In this document: positions 37,778 through 49,000 of the stretch, one piece after another
Position numbering within the stretch: position 1 is the stretch's first letter
How the letters are laid out: each line of letters opens with the position of its first letter
Source of the DNA: Syntrophales bacterium
Lineage (GTDB): Bacteria > Desulfobacterota > Syntrophia > Syntrophales > UBA2210
Length of the DNA stretch: 64,000 nt
Assembly: GCA_963666365.2 (NCBI GenBank)
Contig: CAXXNF010000002.1
Span: 2,208,001 to 2,272,000, forward strand
Direction: 5' to 3'
Notes under the pieces: model-generated
Told to the model about the DNA's origin: nothing
What the model saw: the letters and a program-made list of their open reading frames with translations, nothing else
Databases searched by the model: none
Position numbers and translations under genes: made by a program

Positions 37778-39652
37778 CTACTCCAGAGGCGCTCCGGTGA
37801 AATTCGCCGATTCCGCCTTCAGGGCCGCACCTTCGTTGTTCATGATGCATTCAATCCGGCCGAAGAATTTGGGGAATTCAGCGCCGATATAGAACTGTCC
37901 TGACAGGACCCTGCCGTTGTAATAGGCCGCTTCGACGTCTTCAGCGATCTTCTTCCTTCGCTCGTCGCCCTTGGCATCGCCCAGGATGGCGTTCATCCTG
38001 GGTATGGCGATGGTCAGGCTCCACAGATGCAGCCAGGCCACAATGAGGGGGAACATAGCCTGCTGGAAGGGCGTGGCGTTGAGCACCAGGGCCATGAACT
38101 TGCCCTCGCCCATCTGCCCCTTCATCATCTCGATCACCTCGTCGAGCTTTGCAAGGCCGCGCACAACGGGCTCGATATATTTCTCGTCCACGATGCCCCT
38201 GGCCTTGTCAATCGTCGCGTTCATGCGCGTTCTGAGCTGCCCGTAATTGTACATCTCGGGGTTCATGAGAATCTTGCGCATCTGAAGGTCAAGGGACTGG
38301 ATCGCGTTGGTGCCCTCGTAAATGGAGAAAACCTTAACGTCGCGTGCGTACTGCTCGACCGGATATTCATTACAGTAGCCGTATCCTCCGTACACCTGCA
38401 TGGCTTCTGCCGTCACCAGCCAGGCTTCGTCGGAAATGCCGGCCTTTACGATGGGAGTGAGAATATCGACAATACCCGTTGCCGCTTTAACCTCTTCGGG
38501 ATCTTTCGACGCATGCATAATGTCTTCGTGATAGGCGAGGAAGAGACAGAGCATCCGCATACCTTCAATGGTGCTCTTCATATACATGAGCATTCGCTTG
38601 ACGTCGGGATGCTCGATGATGGCCACTTTCGGGGCGCTCTTGTTCATCATCTGGGTAATATGGACGCCCTGGACCCTGTTGCGGGCATAGGTCACGGAGT
38701 GCAGATACCCGGCGCTTGAACATGCCTCGGCCTGAACGCCCGTATGGATGCGGGCCGCATTCATGAGATGGAACATGATCTGCATGCCCTGGCGCTCCTT
38801 GCCCAGAAGATAGCCGATGCACTTGCCGTTGTCGCCGAAGCTGAGCGTCGATGTGGCGTTCCCCTTGAGGCCCATCTTATGCTCAATGCCGGCGCAGACC
38901 AGATCATTGCGCTCGCCCAATGACCCGTCAGGATTCACGAGATATTTCGGAACGATGAAGATGGAAATGCCCTTGGTCCCTTCCGGGTCGCCTTCGATCC
39001 TCGCCAGCACCGGGTGTATGATATTTTCCGCCATATCGTGTTCGCCGTTGCTGATGAAGATCTTCTGGCCTGTGATAAGATAGGTGCCGTCAGGCTGTTT
39101 GACCGCCTTGGTCTTGAGGGCCCCCACATCGGAACCGGCGCCCGGTTCGGTCAGGCACATGGTGCCGCCCCAGGCCCCCTCGAACATCTTGGGAAGAAAC
39201 ATGTTCTTCAGTTCTTCGGAGCCGAAAGGCAGAATAAGAGCCATCGCACCGGTAATCGCACCGCAGTACATGGTCAGTGAGGTATTGCCGGCATTGAAGT
39301 ACTCGGCCGCTGCCATGGAAATGCTGGAAGGAAGTCCCATTCCGCCTACTTCCTGGGGGAAGGCCAGTGTATGAAACCCCGCTTCCACGTATGCCCGGAA
39401 TCCCTTGTGGAACGATTCAGGCACCGTGACCGTGTAATTCTTCGGATCATACTTGAGCCCTATCTTATCGCCATCGGCGTTGGACGTATAGAACGCCTCT
39501 ATGGCAATCTTTTCCGCGAGATCCAGGGTGTCTTCGTAAATGGATCTATCATAATCCTGGAATTGTTCATATCGATTCAATTTATCCAGCTCCAGAAGTT
39601 CGAAAAGGACAAACCTCTGATCACGGGTATCGACCAATGAGTTGAACGACAT
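37778..39652 (-). CDS. Acyl-CoA dehydrogenase
   Basis: GTMCLTEPGAGSD, KIFISNGEH, EHKMG, QVYGGYGY, IYEGTNAIQ. Confidence 0.95.
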   Translation of the reverse strand: MSFNSLVDTRDQRFVLFELLELDKLNRYEQFQDYDRSIYEDTLDLAEKIAIEAFYTSNADGDKIGLKYDPKNYTVTVPESFHKGFRAYVEAGFHTLAFPQEVGGMGLPSSISMAAAEYFNAGNTSLTMYCGAITGAMALILPFGSEELKNMFLPKMFEGAWGGTMCLTEPGAGSDVGALKTKAVKQPDGTYLITGQKIFISNGEHDMAENIIHPVLARIEGDPEGTKGISIFIVPKYLVNPDGSLGERNDLVCAGIEHKMGLKGNATSTLSFGDNGKCIGYLLGKERQGMQIMFHLMNAARIHTGVQAEACSSAGYLHSVTYARNRVQGVHITQMMNKSAPKVAIIEHPDVKRMLMYMKSTIEGMRMLCLFLAYHEDIMHASKDPEEVKAATGIVDILTPIVKAGISDEAWLVTAEAMQVYGGYGYCNEYPVEQYARDVKVFSIYEGTNAIQSLDLQMRKILMNPEMYNYGQLRTRMNATIDKARGIVDEKYIEPVVRGLAKLDEVIEMMKGQMGEGKFMALVLNATPFQQAMFPLIVAWLHLWSLTIAIPRMNAILGDAKGDERRKKIAEDVEAAYYNGRVLSGQFYIGAEFPKFFGRIECIMNNEGAALKAESANFTGAPLE

Positions 39653-39843
39653 ACTATACCTCCTCAAATTAGATGTTGTGTTTTACTGACGATAGTTAAA
39701 GATTTACAATCGAATCATGTGCATCTGCCACCAACTTCCAACAACGCCCTATCACGATTTTCATTTGAGCGCCACCATATAATTCGCAATGGCCTCTCAA
39801 AAATTTTCAGTTTGTAACACGGAAAAATCCCCCATCCTAAAGG

Positions 39844-40554
39844 TCACTCTGCGGGAAGCCACGCCATCAATTCGCTCAATGCAGTTGAACTGCGCAGATA
39901 GGAATTTCCCGTTCCCGTCGCCATCGCCCTTTTTTGCGTTTTCTGAAGCAGCTTTCGCAGCGACCAGGAATTGACGTCCTCGCTGTCCCGGGTCGGCGTC
40001 TCCGAGACATAGCCCCACATATGCTGTAGGGCATTCCTGATGCCCCCTTCGTTCGGCCGCGTTCGCAGCATTTCCGTCAACTGCAATGCCAGCTCGCTGA
40101 AATCCCTCTTCATTTCGGCCATCTCGCGGCCGATATCCTTATATACATTCGGATTGCGGGCGAGCACTGAATACTTGTGATGGCGCCAGAGCTCCTGCGC
40201 ATTTTTCGGCAACGGGATCCTCCCCCCTTCTTTCTGCGCATACTTCAGTTTCAGCAGTTGAAATTGCCTGCCCGGTTCATCAACGTAGGTGTCCGGCCAG
40301 ACGCAGACGCCTTCGTCCGACGGCGCCGCTACGGAAGTTCTGTCGTTGAATCCCCTCAGCGTCATTTCGCAGGCGAGCAGTCCATGGCGCTGCCGGAGCG
40401 CGTCGACGTGACCGACCCAGCGCATCGTCTCGGGATGGCGGGAATAGCCCTTTTTACAGTGTACAATGATTGAAATAATGCCGTGCAGCTCACGGTGCTC
40501 GGCGAGCAGACTTTGACGGTTCAGATAACCCGGATTGATGTCCCATACTCTCAT
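39844..40554 (-). CDS. Pyrimidine-dimer DNA glycosylase-like domain fused to a DUF1722/YbgA-like domain
   Basis: MRVWD..YLNRQSLLAEHRELH..GYSRHPE; HKYSVLAR..NALQHMWGY. Confidence 0.8.
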   Translation of the reverse strand: MRVWDINPGYLNRQSLLAEHRELHGIISIIVHCKKGYSRHPETMRWVGHVDALRQRHGLLACEMTLRGFNDRTSVAAPSDEGVCVWPDTYVDEPGRQFQLLKLKYAQKEGGRIPLPKNAQELWRHHKYSVLARNPNVYKDIGREMAEMKRDFSELALQLTEMLRTRPNEGGIRNALQHMWGYVSETPTRDSEDVNSWSLRKLLQKTQKRAMATGTGNSYLRSSTALSELMAWLPAE

Positions 40555-40644
40555 GCATACTATCAGCCGCCGCATACCCCGCACTGCCGAAGGCCTAGGC
40601 GGTTTTTCACGACGGCGCCTGTTGTGCGGGGAGCGGTCGTTTCT

Positions 40645-40806
40645 CTATTTATTCTTCGCAACAACCCACACGGCATGCACAATGCCGGGGATATACCCGA
40701 GCAGTGTAAGAATAATATTAATCCAGAAATGCTTCCCGATGCCCACCTGGAGAAACACTCCCAGTGGGGGCAGTATGATTGCACATATGATCTTGATAAT
40801 CTCCAT
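40645..40806 (-). CDS. yqaE: YqaE/Pmp3 family small membrane protein (53 aa)
   Basis: Not in the ORF track; MEIIKIICAIILPPLGVFLQVGIGKHFWINIILTLLGYIPGIVHAVWVVAKNK. Confidence 0.92.
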   Translation of the reverse strand: MEIIKIICAIILPPLGVFLQVGIGKHFWINIILTLLGYIPGIVHAVWVVAKNK

Positions 40807-41258
40807 AATTCTCTCTTTTTTTATGCGTAGCGCTTCAAAAACTCAGAGCGCGTCCATCCATGTTCCTCACATGAATAACGCCCTTGATCATTGGCTGTCA
40901 AGCAGTTTTACCGCTGTCGCCGTCATGAAGGGTATGTCCTTCCTGCATTAGATCTCGATTCCCATACCGGTATGATAGAGTCTGCTTGTACGGGGTCAGG
41001 GATTGGTCATTATTTGACAGGCAGCTGCGGCCATGATTGCCTTCAGGCATTTTACCTATTGACATATGCGCCATACTCTTATAGAAGGTGGTCATATGTC
41101 TTAAAGTTAACGTAGGAATCCTTTAAGGTGCATCTCGCACCTGAGATTTAAAGGGTGCCGGCGGCACTTAAGAGAGAAGTATTCATGCACGAAAACCGCG
41201 ACAGGTGTAAGATAGAGGCGTAATGATTTTCGTGTGAGAAAATCAGCCGAAACGGAAT

Positions 41259-41297
41259 TGTGCCCGGTCTTTTTCAAAGGCCGGGCATAATTTTTTT
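41259..41297 (+). terminator. Intrinsic terminator with no upstream CDS
   Basis: TGTGCCCGGTCTTT-TTC-AAAGGCCGGGCATA followed by a T-run. Confidence 0.7.
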
Positions 41298-41517
41298 CCG
41301 GAAGCGGCCACGGTTATTTCAATTGACAGATCCCTGTCATCTCGCGTATTCTACACCAAATGCTTAGATGCTCTTCAGCCTTTGGATTATACCGTGATGG
41401 CTGAAGGCTATTCTGAGTATCCGCAATAACCGTTTTGGGACTTTTTTTCAAGATCGGGGCATACACCCCATACCATCCACTTCTTTTACAACAGACACCG
41501 GTTAAGGAGGAAAGAAA

Positions 41518-42864
41518 ATGAAGCAGAATTATTGGAAGATTTTTTTGGTACTGACTCTGTGTCTTGTCGTCTCCTGGGGAATGGCCATGCCGAAAAGCGC
41601 ATGGGCCATACCGAAATTCGATTTTGATGCAATGTCTGATATGTCCGATTTCGATCCCCGTGCGTCCATTGAACCGAGCGGAGACGTCATCAAGATCGGA
41701 TACTTTAATATCTTTTCGGGCGCCGGCGCCGGCAATGGCGAGCTCAACGTCATATCACTGAAGTGGGCCGCCCATGATATGAACAAACGGGGGGGTATCG
41801 TCGTGGACGGCAAAAAGAAAAAGATCCGGCTGTACCTCGGCGACACACAAAGCAAACCGTCCATCACCAAGAAGGTGGCGGAAAAATTCTGTCTCGAAGA
41901 CAATGTTGACATTATGGTCGGCACCCCGGGCAGTCACCTCACCCTTGTCATACAGACCGTCGCGGCTAAGTACAAAAAAATACACCTCAACGACCGGGGC
42001 GTTTCCGAGGCACTCATGAACGGCACGAACTTCAGCCGCTATACCTTCCGTACCTGCACGACCACGGCGATGTTCGGCCAGGCGATGGCCTACTACTATT
42101 CAAAGCGGCCGGAAAAGAAGTTCTACATACTTTGTCAGGATTATTCCTACGGCCACGATATTGCCAATTCCTTTAAAAAAGCCCTGAAAGCATACAAGCC
42201 CGACCACGAAATCGTGGGCGAGGAATATCATCCCATCCTGCTGAAAGACTTTGCCCCCTATCTTACCAAAGTCAAGGGATCGGGTGCCGAGGTGATCTAT
42301 ACGGGCGACTGGATGCCGGACAGCCAGGGGTTGGTCATTCAGGCCAACGATCTGGGCATCACGGCTCAGATCGCCAATCTCTATGCCGACATATACCAGT
42401 CGCTGGTGACGATCGGCCCTGAGGCCGGGAAGCGCATGATCAACGGCAACTCCCACATGATCACCATTGAAACGCCGGAAAACCAGGCATTCAACAAGGT
42501 ATGGAACAAGTCATGGAAAAACTGGCAGAAGCCCTATGACACGGACATGTACAAGTGGCCCGCAGGGGTCTACGGAGAAAACATGGTGAGCAGTTACTGG
42601 CTGCTCGGCATCATTGAAAAGGCCGGGAGCACCGATCCCGAGAAGATAATCGCCGCCTGGGAGGGAGATGAATACGAGGCCTTTAACGGTGTTGTGAAAA
42701 TGCGCACCTGCGATCATCAGATGGTGCGCGACATGTTCATCTCGCAATTTGAGTCTCCGAATCCCTGGTATGACGGCATCGCATCCTATGGAAAGGCGTT
42801 TGTAGTCCCGGCCAAGTACTGTACACAGCCGATACCGGAAGATCTGGAAAGGTGTAAGAAATAG
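41518..42864 (+). CDS. ABC transporter substrate-binding protein (LivJ/branched-chain amino acid-like)
   Basis: Signal peptide; IKIG, NKRGGI, DYSYG, DFAPYLTK, RTCDHQ. Confidence 0.9.
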   Translation: MKQNYWKIFLVLTLCLVVSWGMAMPKSAWAIPKFDFDAMSDMSDFDPRASIEPSGDVIKIGYFNIFSGAGAGNGELNVISLKWAAHDMNKRGGIVVDGKKKKIRLYLGDTQSKPSITKKVAEKFCLEDNVDIMVGTPGSHLTLVIQTVAAKYKKIHLNDRGVSEALMNGTNFSRYTFRTCTTTAMFGQAMAYYYSKRPEKKFYILCQDYSYGHDIANSFKKALKAYKPDHEIVGEEYHPILLKDFAPYLTKVKGSGAEVIYTGDWMPDSQGLVIQANDLGITAQIANLYADIYQSLVTIGPEAGKRMINGNSHMITIETPENQAFNKVWNKSWKNWQKPYDTDMYKWPAGVYGENMVSSYWLLGIIEKAGSTDPEKIIAAWEGDEYEAFNGVVKMRTCDHQMVRDMFISQFESPNPWYDGIASYGKAFVVPAKYCTQPIPEDLERCKK

Positions 42865-42920
42865 AAGGTCACAAGAGCTCGAAAGTTATAAAAATATACC
42901 GTCAGACATTGTTCAATCAC

Positions 42921-42978
42921 TGACGAAAGGGCCATGGCCGGGAAAACGAAACGTCCCACCATGGCCCTTTCATTGTCA
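42921..42978. terminator. Bidirectional hairpin between convergent genes
   Basis: TGACGAAAGGGCCATGG...CCATGGCCCTTTCATTGTCA. Confidence 0.65.
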
Positions 42979-43008
42979 GGAATTACCATCAATTACAGCT
43001 GACTGCCA

Positions 43009-46000
43009 TCAGGGCATCGATATTTTCCAGAGAATATAGCTCAGTTCCTGCGGCCCGATGGTTCCGTCTTCATTGACATCGGAGACGGGAAAGATAGAAA
43101 TGCCGTCCGACATGCCGGTAAGCACTTTCAGGACCGCCACGGCGTCATCAAGCGTAACCCGCGAATCGCCGTTTACGTCGCCGGGAATCTCCCCTATGGT
43201 GATTGTCACGGTAAGAGGATCCAGTTCGCTTCGCAGCGCATCCTGGACGGTCACCTGAAATAGGCCGTTTTCCGCCGAAGAACTGAAGGTACGGCTCGAT
43301 CCGTCCCCCTCCATGAAAACGGGAATATCATCGGAAAATTCCCATACGTAAATACCACTGCCCCCCACCGCCTCTATCGTCACGTTTCCTCCCCGCTGCA
43401 GTGTGACAGCGCCGTCTTGACGGAGAGCAAACCGTTCCTCCACTATGGATACCGTGAGGGGCTGCGATGCCAATCCTGGGAATAGGCTGTCGTGGGCGGT
43501 AATCTCCACTGCTCCCACTGCGAGGGCGGAAAGGATTCCCGCACTGTCCACAACGGCAAGGCCGGTATCGGATAGGGTCCAAAAATAGGCGCCGGAGCCT
43601 CCTGTAGTCACAAGAGTCAGCGTGGCATCTGCTTCGACTTCAAAATCGCCGGCGGTAAGCGTTAATGGTAACACATCCTGGACCAGCGGGTTCATGCCTC
43701 GCTCCAGTTCCATTCCGTCGGGAGCGAAATCGCCGTCCGTATCGGCCTTAGTGGGATCGGTGAACTCCTGCATCTCCCGCAGATTGGAAAGACCGTCCGC
43801 GTCGGGGTCATCACCGGGCAGTGCCCCGAGCCCGCTGAAGTAGCGTTCTTCCCAGGAATCGTCAAGGCCGTCATTGTCGCCGGGTGTGAGCGGGCCGGTC
43901 GGCGCAACGGCGGTCCGTTCCCTGCCGCCGGAAGTAACGGCCGTAACGGCATAGTAATAGGGGTTCCTTTTTTTGGCGGTGGTATCGTCGAAGGTAAAAC
44001 CTGTCGTCACGGCAAGGGGAGTCATTGAGGTTACGTAGTTGAAAGGCGCTTCGGCACGGTATATCCTGAATTCCGAAAATCCCGCAGGGGTACTGTACCC
44101 TTCCCAGCTCAGACGCACCCGCGTCTCTTCGGAGGTGGAAAGATCGGCAAGTACCACAGATACGGGCACAGGCGTTCCCGTATCCGATGGCGCATACCAG
44201 TCCATTGGAAGCGAGGGCATGCCTCCTGCAACCGTTACAATGGTGGCAATGTTCCCTTCGGCCAGATCCAGTACATGAGCGCCGGTGCTCCAGCCCCCGG
44301 CGACGTTCACGGCGTTGAAGACAAGCTTCGTTTCGTCACCGCTCCAGAAAAGACGGACCGGCCCCATGTTGGCGGCCGAGGCCACCAGCCGGCGGTCCAA
44401 TGTACCGCTCTGGAGATTTGCCACATGGATGCCGTCGGACATAAAAAAGGCTATAAATTGTCCCGTCGGAGAGAGCGCTGCCGGCGCAATTTCGTTCAGC
44501 TCACAAATCACCCGGTCTACCTGCAAATCGGAGAACAGGGCAATAAGCGACTGCCGGTAGCCGTTTTCTTCTATTTTTCCCTGTGCGTAGAGACGCGATC
44601 CATCGGGAGACCAGAGGGGATTTGTCAAATCCTCCCGTAAAACAACTTCGCCGGTGGCAACGGTAAGGATTCCGAGCATTACCGGAGACGCATAATCCCG
44701 AAACCATACAAAGGCAATATGCGCCCCGTCAGGCGACCAGGAAACGGCGGTAATGGAACCGGATGATACCGAATAGAGCACCTGCGGATCGCTGCCGTCG
44801 AGATGTGCGCTCACCAGATCGTACTCGAACGTTCCTTCATGCTGACGGGCGTAGAGAATGCGCGTGCCGTCGGGAGAAAAATCCGGAGTGAAACGCCAGG
44901 GCAGAGTATCGGCGATGGTGGTGAGATTGCTCCCGTCGGCGCCCATTACCTGCAGACCGGAACTTACACAATAAATGTGGCTGCCGTCCGGACTCCAGAG
45001 AACGTTGTCGGCGGAAACCGAGGCAATAACACTTTGCGCGGACCCGTCGGCATCGATCCGGGAGACGGTTCCCATACCGTCACTGTAGACGATAGGGCCG
45101 GAGAGTGCACTGGCAAAAGTCCCCACAGTGCGGAATGACAGGGTAAAGGCATTCTGAAGAGGATTACCCTTCATATCCGTAAGAACGGACGTTCCCGTCA
45201 CCTCGTACTGGGTTCCATAAACCAGGGGAGAGGAAGGCGTCAGGGTAAGACTGCCGTTATCATCGGCATAGGCCGTAAAAGCTACTTCTATCCCGTTTTG
45301 TTGCAGCGAAATAGCTGCAGCGGCCGACGTCTGATCCACCTTTTCATCGAAAATGAGTGTAATGGCGCCGCCAGGGGCCATCACGGCGCTTCCCCGGGAA
45401 GGAATACTCGACACCAGCGAGGGACCCGTTACATCGGCAGTGGTAAAATACCAGACTCGGGGCTGTACCAGCGCCCTCCCCAGGGCATCTTCCACATTTC
45501 CTCCCATGAAGACGCGATATCGGGCGTCCGACTGCAGCATTTCCGGCACAAGCGTCAGGATTCGGGAATTTTCATCGTATGATATTCCCAGGGCAATCCG
45601 CTCGACAAAGTTCCCCTCCCCGTCAAGGCGCGAAAGTGCAATCCACTCGGAAGTAAAGCTTTCCTCTTTCATATCTTCCGAAAACACCACCGTGAGATCA
45701 CTGTCGAGAGGAACGCCGGTGGTATCGGGTGCGGGGGTTTGCCCGGCGATGGTAGCCGTGCTGATCGGTTTTCCGAAGGTGACGATCCGGGCCGCCGGAT
45801 CGGCGGTAATCATGCGATCGCCGAAGAGTTCGTACTTGTAGGCGTAAGTGCCCAGGTCCGCCGTAAAGGTTTCATAACTGAAAAGATCGAATACCTTCGC
45901 CGTAAGCTCGCTCGTGTAGACCGCCGCAGAAAGGGAATAGGGGGGAGCATTCACACGGTCCACATAGTGGATAAGGCTTTCCGACATCATGAAACGCTGC

Positions 46001-49000
46001 CCGTTCTTTACCTGGGGCTGGAAGCTTATAGGCATGGAGATCCCCGAGGCCAGGCGCACGAGTGAAAGCCAGGATTCCTCACAGGTGTCCTCCCAATACC
46101 CACCCACCACCTCGCCGTGCATCCGGTAGGCGATAAAAGCGGCGAGCCCTCGTACACATCCGGCATGGGCAATGCGGAGTGGATCTTCCGAATCACGTGG
46201 AATTACCGTGACCTCCTCGCCGGTTACTCGATTGACGGCATGGAGACTCTCTCCCAGAGGTTCCCGGTAATCGGCGCCGATCACCTCATCGAGATATTGG
46301 ACGGCATAGTTATTACCGTCGCCGACCTTATACAGGACCCATTGGCCGTCGAACCCAAGCACTTCCGGCCGCTGCCATGACTCGAGGCCGGACAGTTCGA
46401 GAATCGTTTCGGACTCCGCGTCCCCTGCCTTCCATCCGTACATTGACGGCACTCCCGTATGTGAATCGAGCCACACCACCTCATCTCCTTTGATGAAGCC
46501 CGCCGTGAGGGAAACGCCATTGGCCGAGGGGACGCGCGCGCTTTTCTTCGTGACAATATCGTACACAAAAAGTGAAAATGTTTTTTCCTCCGGATCAAGA
46601 CCGGGCGCTTCGGCACCGGTACTCTTGCAGTAGAGCACCAGGTCTCCTGAAATGCCCAGGAACGAGCAGGAGGTCGACGGTTCGGCGTTGTATCCGCCCG
46701 TACCCTGATAATAGTCGCCTGTTTCGAAGAGCAAACTGTTTTCGCCGGTACGCATGTCGAAGAGATATACCTTCCCGCCGTAGAGGTAAAAATAACGCTG
46801 GCCGTCGACAAAGTAGCGAAGTCCTGCACCGACATATTCGGACGTAGTGACTGTATCGGAACGGTCCGCCGCAGTGAACTCGTTGGCAATATTCAACTCG
46901 TACGCTTCCGTTTCCGTCCCCATCGTAAAATATACCGACCTGCTCAGACCGGAATCGGCGGTCACCGTCAGATCATAGGCGCCGCGGCGGGAAACCGTCA
47001 GTCCGCTTACGACCGGTTCGGCCGGTTCGCCATTATAACTGAGCGATGCCGAATACCCGCCTGACGATACCGAAATTGTGATGGTGACCGGTTCATCATA
47101 GGCGCCGCCCTCTTCTACACCGTTGATTACAATGCCCACGGGCGTTGCGCCGGCAGTCACCTCTTCCGTGGAAAAGGACCAGCTTTCGGGAACCAGCGGA
47201 TTCCCGGCCAGATCGGTAATTTCTTCAGTCAACGTTACCGTATAAATAGTGCCGGGAAGCATCCGGCCCGAATTTATGAGAAGCGCATTGAGGGCGCTGT
47301 CGTAACGGACCGTAAAGGAACGTTCGATTCCTTTCGCCTCAAGAAGAATCGCGCCGCCGGCAAGAGTATCCCCATCAATGGCCTCGCTGAAACTGACCCT
47401 AACGATCTGGTAGAGGGGAGTTTCTTCACTGTTGCGGCCCGGCGTAAAATGGGTTACCCGGGGACGAACATCGTCGCTATTGCCCTCGGGCCAGAATTCG
47501 GCAAGCTGGGACTTCGCCCAGGCATCCCATCCGGGAAACCCCTGTCGGACCGCTTCTATATGCCGGTCGGACCAGATGCCGATGGCCGAAAGCAGCTGCT
47601 GGAAATAACCCACTGCGTCAGGCTCCGTTCCCTCTATGAGGCAGTAGGGGTTTCTTGTGCTGAACCACTGGTTGACTCCCTCTCCGTATATTTCTTTAAA
47701 AAGAGCAATGATTTCCTCGCGCAGATCCATCAGACCATCCAGACTGGCCGGACCGTAGAAGGCGTGCAGATAGTTCAGCTCTGTCAGAAAATCCCTGTAG
47801 CCCTGTTCCGAGGGAAAGTCAGGGAGCGAATTGTAGTCGGTAACGATAAAACGGATCAGGCTGTTGAGTGTGGCCTTCCCCTGAAGCTCCAGAAGCAGAT
47901 CCTTGGTTTTTTTCATCCGCCCGTTGAAAGCGTTCTGGCCTTGAATATAGCCGATGTGACTGTCCACGGACGCTACTGCACTCTCCACGTCATCGCCGAT
48001 GTTCCAGTCGCTGATGAGCACAGGGACAATCAGGTTGTCCCACTGGCGTGATGCTTCGTTATCCTCTATAGAAGCGTCGAGGCAGAGATAGGACCAGTTA
48101 TTCATAACATGAGAAATCAGGTCCGCTTCTGCCGTCTCCACTTCCGCGTGTTTGGAAATTGCCGCATCGATGAACTCCTGCTTTCCCTTCATGAAGGCCT
48201 CGAAGTCGAGAGCCTGATCCCTCACACGGTAGAGATTGAACTCCACATCACCCATCAGTTCCTCGGAAAGAGGACTCACGGCCACGGTGGCCACGGGAGA
48301 CCCGTTTGCATAGGTATAGGTGGAATTCGTTTTAAGACCCGCCTCGGCCATGACCCGGTAGGCGTAGGCCAGCTTCACAAGGCCGCTACCGTAATCGGCA
48401 AAGGAATAGTCTATGATATCGGGTGTGTGTGCGGGCATCTGAAGGGAGGATGTCAAAGGACCCGTGGGAAAGTAGGGATTATATTCACGGCCGAGAAAGT
48501 AAGGTCCGGGGCCGTCTGAAATTGTCAGTTGAACAATGCCTTCCTCCTCTTCCTGGAAGGTGCGAAGGTCCTGCTGAGGAAATCCGCTCTCGTCCCAGTA
48601 GGCAGCGATGAGGGCGTTTCGTTCCGCTTTCCCCGCATCCACGGTTGCCTTGAGCGTATCGTACTGACCGAGGGCATCGACACGGGCATTCCGGTGCGGT
48701 GTATAGAGATTATCCGCATAGGCGTCAAAGTATGCCCAGTTGTCATTTACGTCCTTGAGATAGATCTGCTTGTTGGAATCCGGCTCCGATGAGCCGTTGA
48801 TGTTCGCCGTGATCTGCTGGCGCTCCGCACCCGCCTCCTGATATATCTTCTGATAAAGGTAGTCAAACACATCCCAGCAGTATTCGCCCGCCTCGAAGTC
48901 CGCCTTGAGGCTGTCCATCGATGTAAGATAGGGACCGATGTCGAAGGCATAGAGCTCGTTGCTGAAGTCGAGGGGGAAGGCGGGGTCGTTGACGGCCCTT

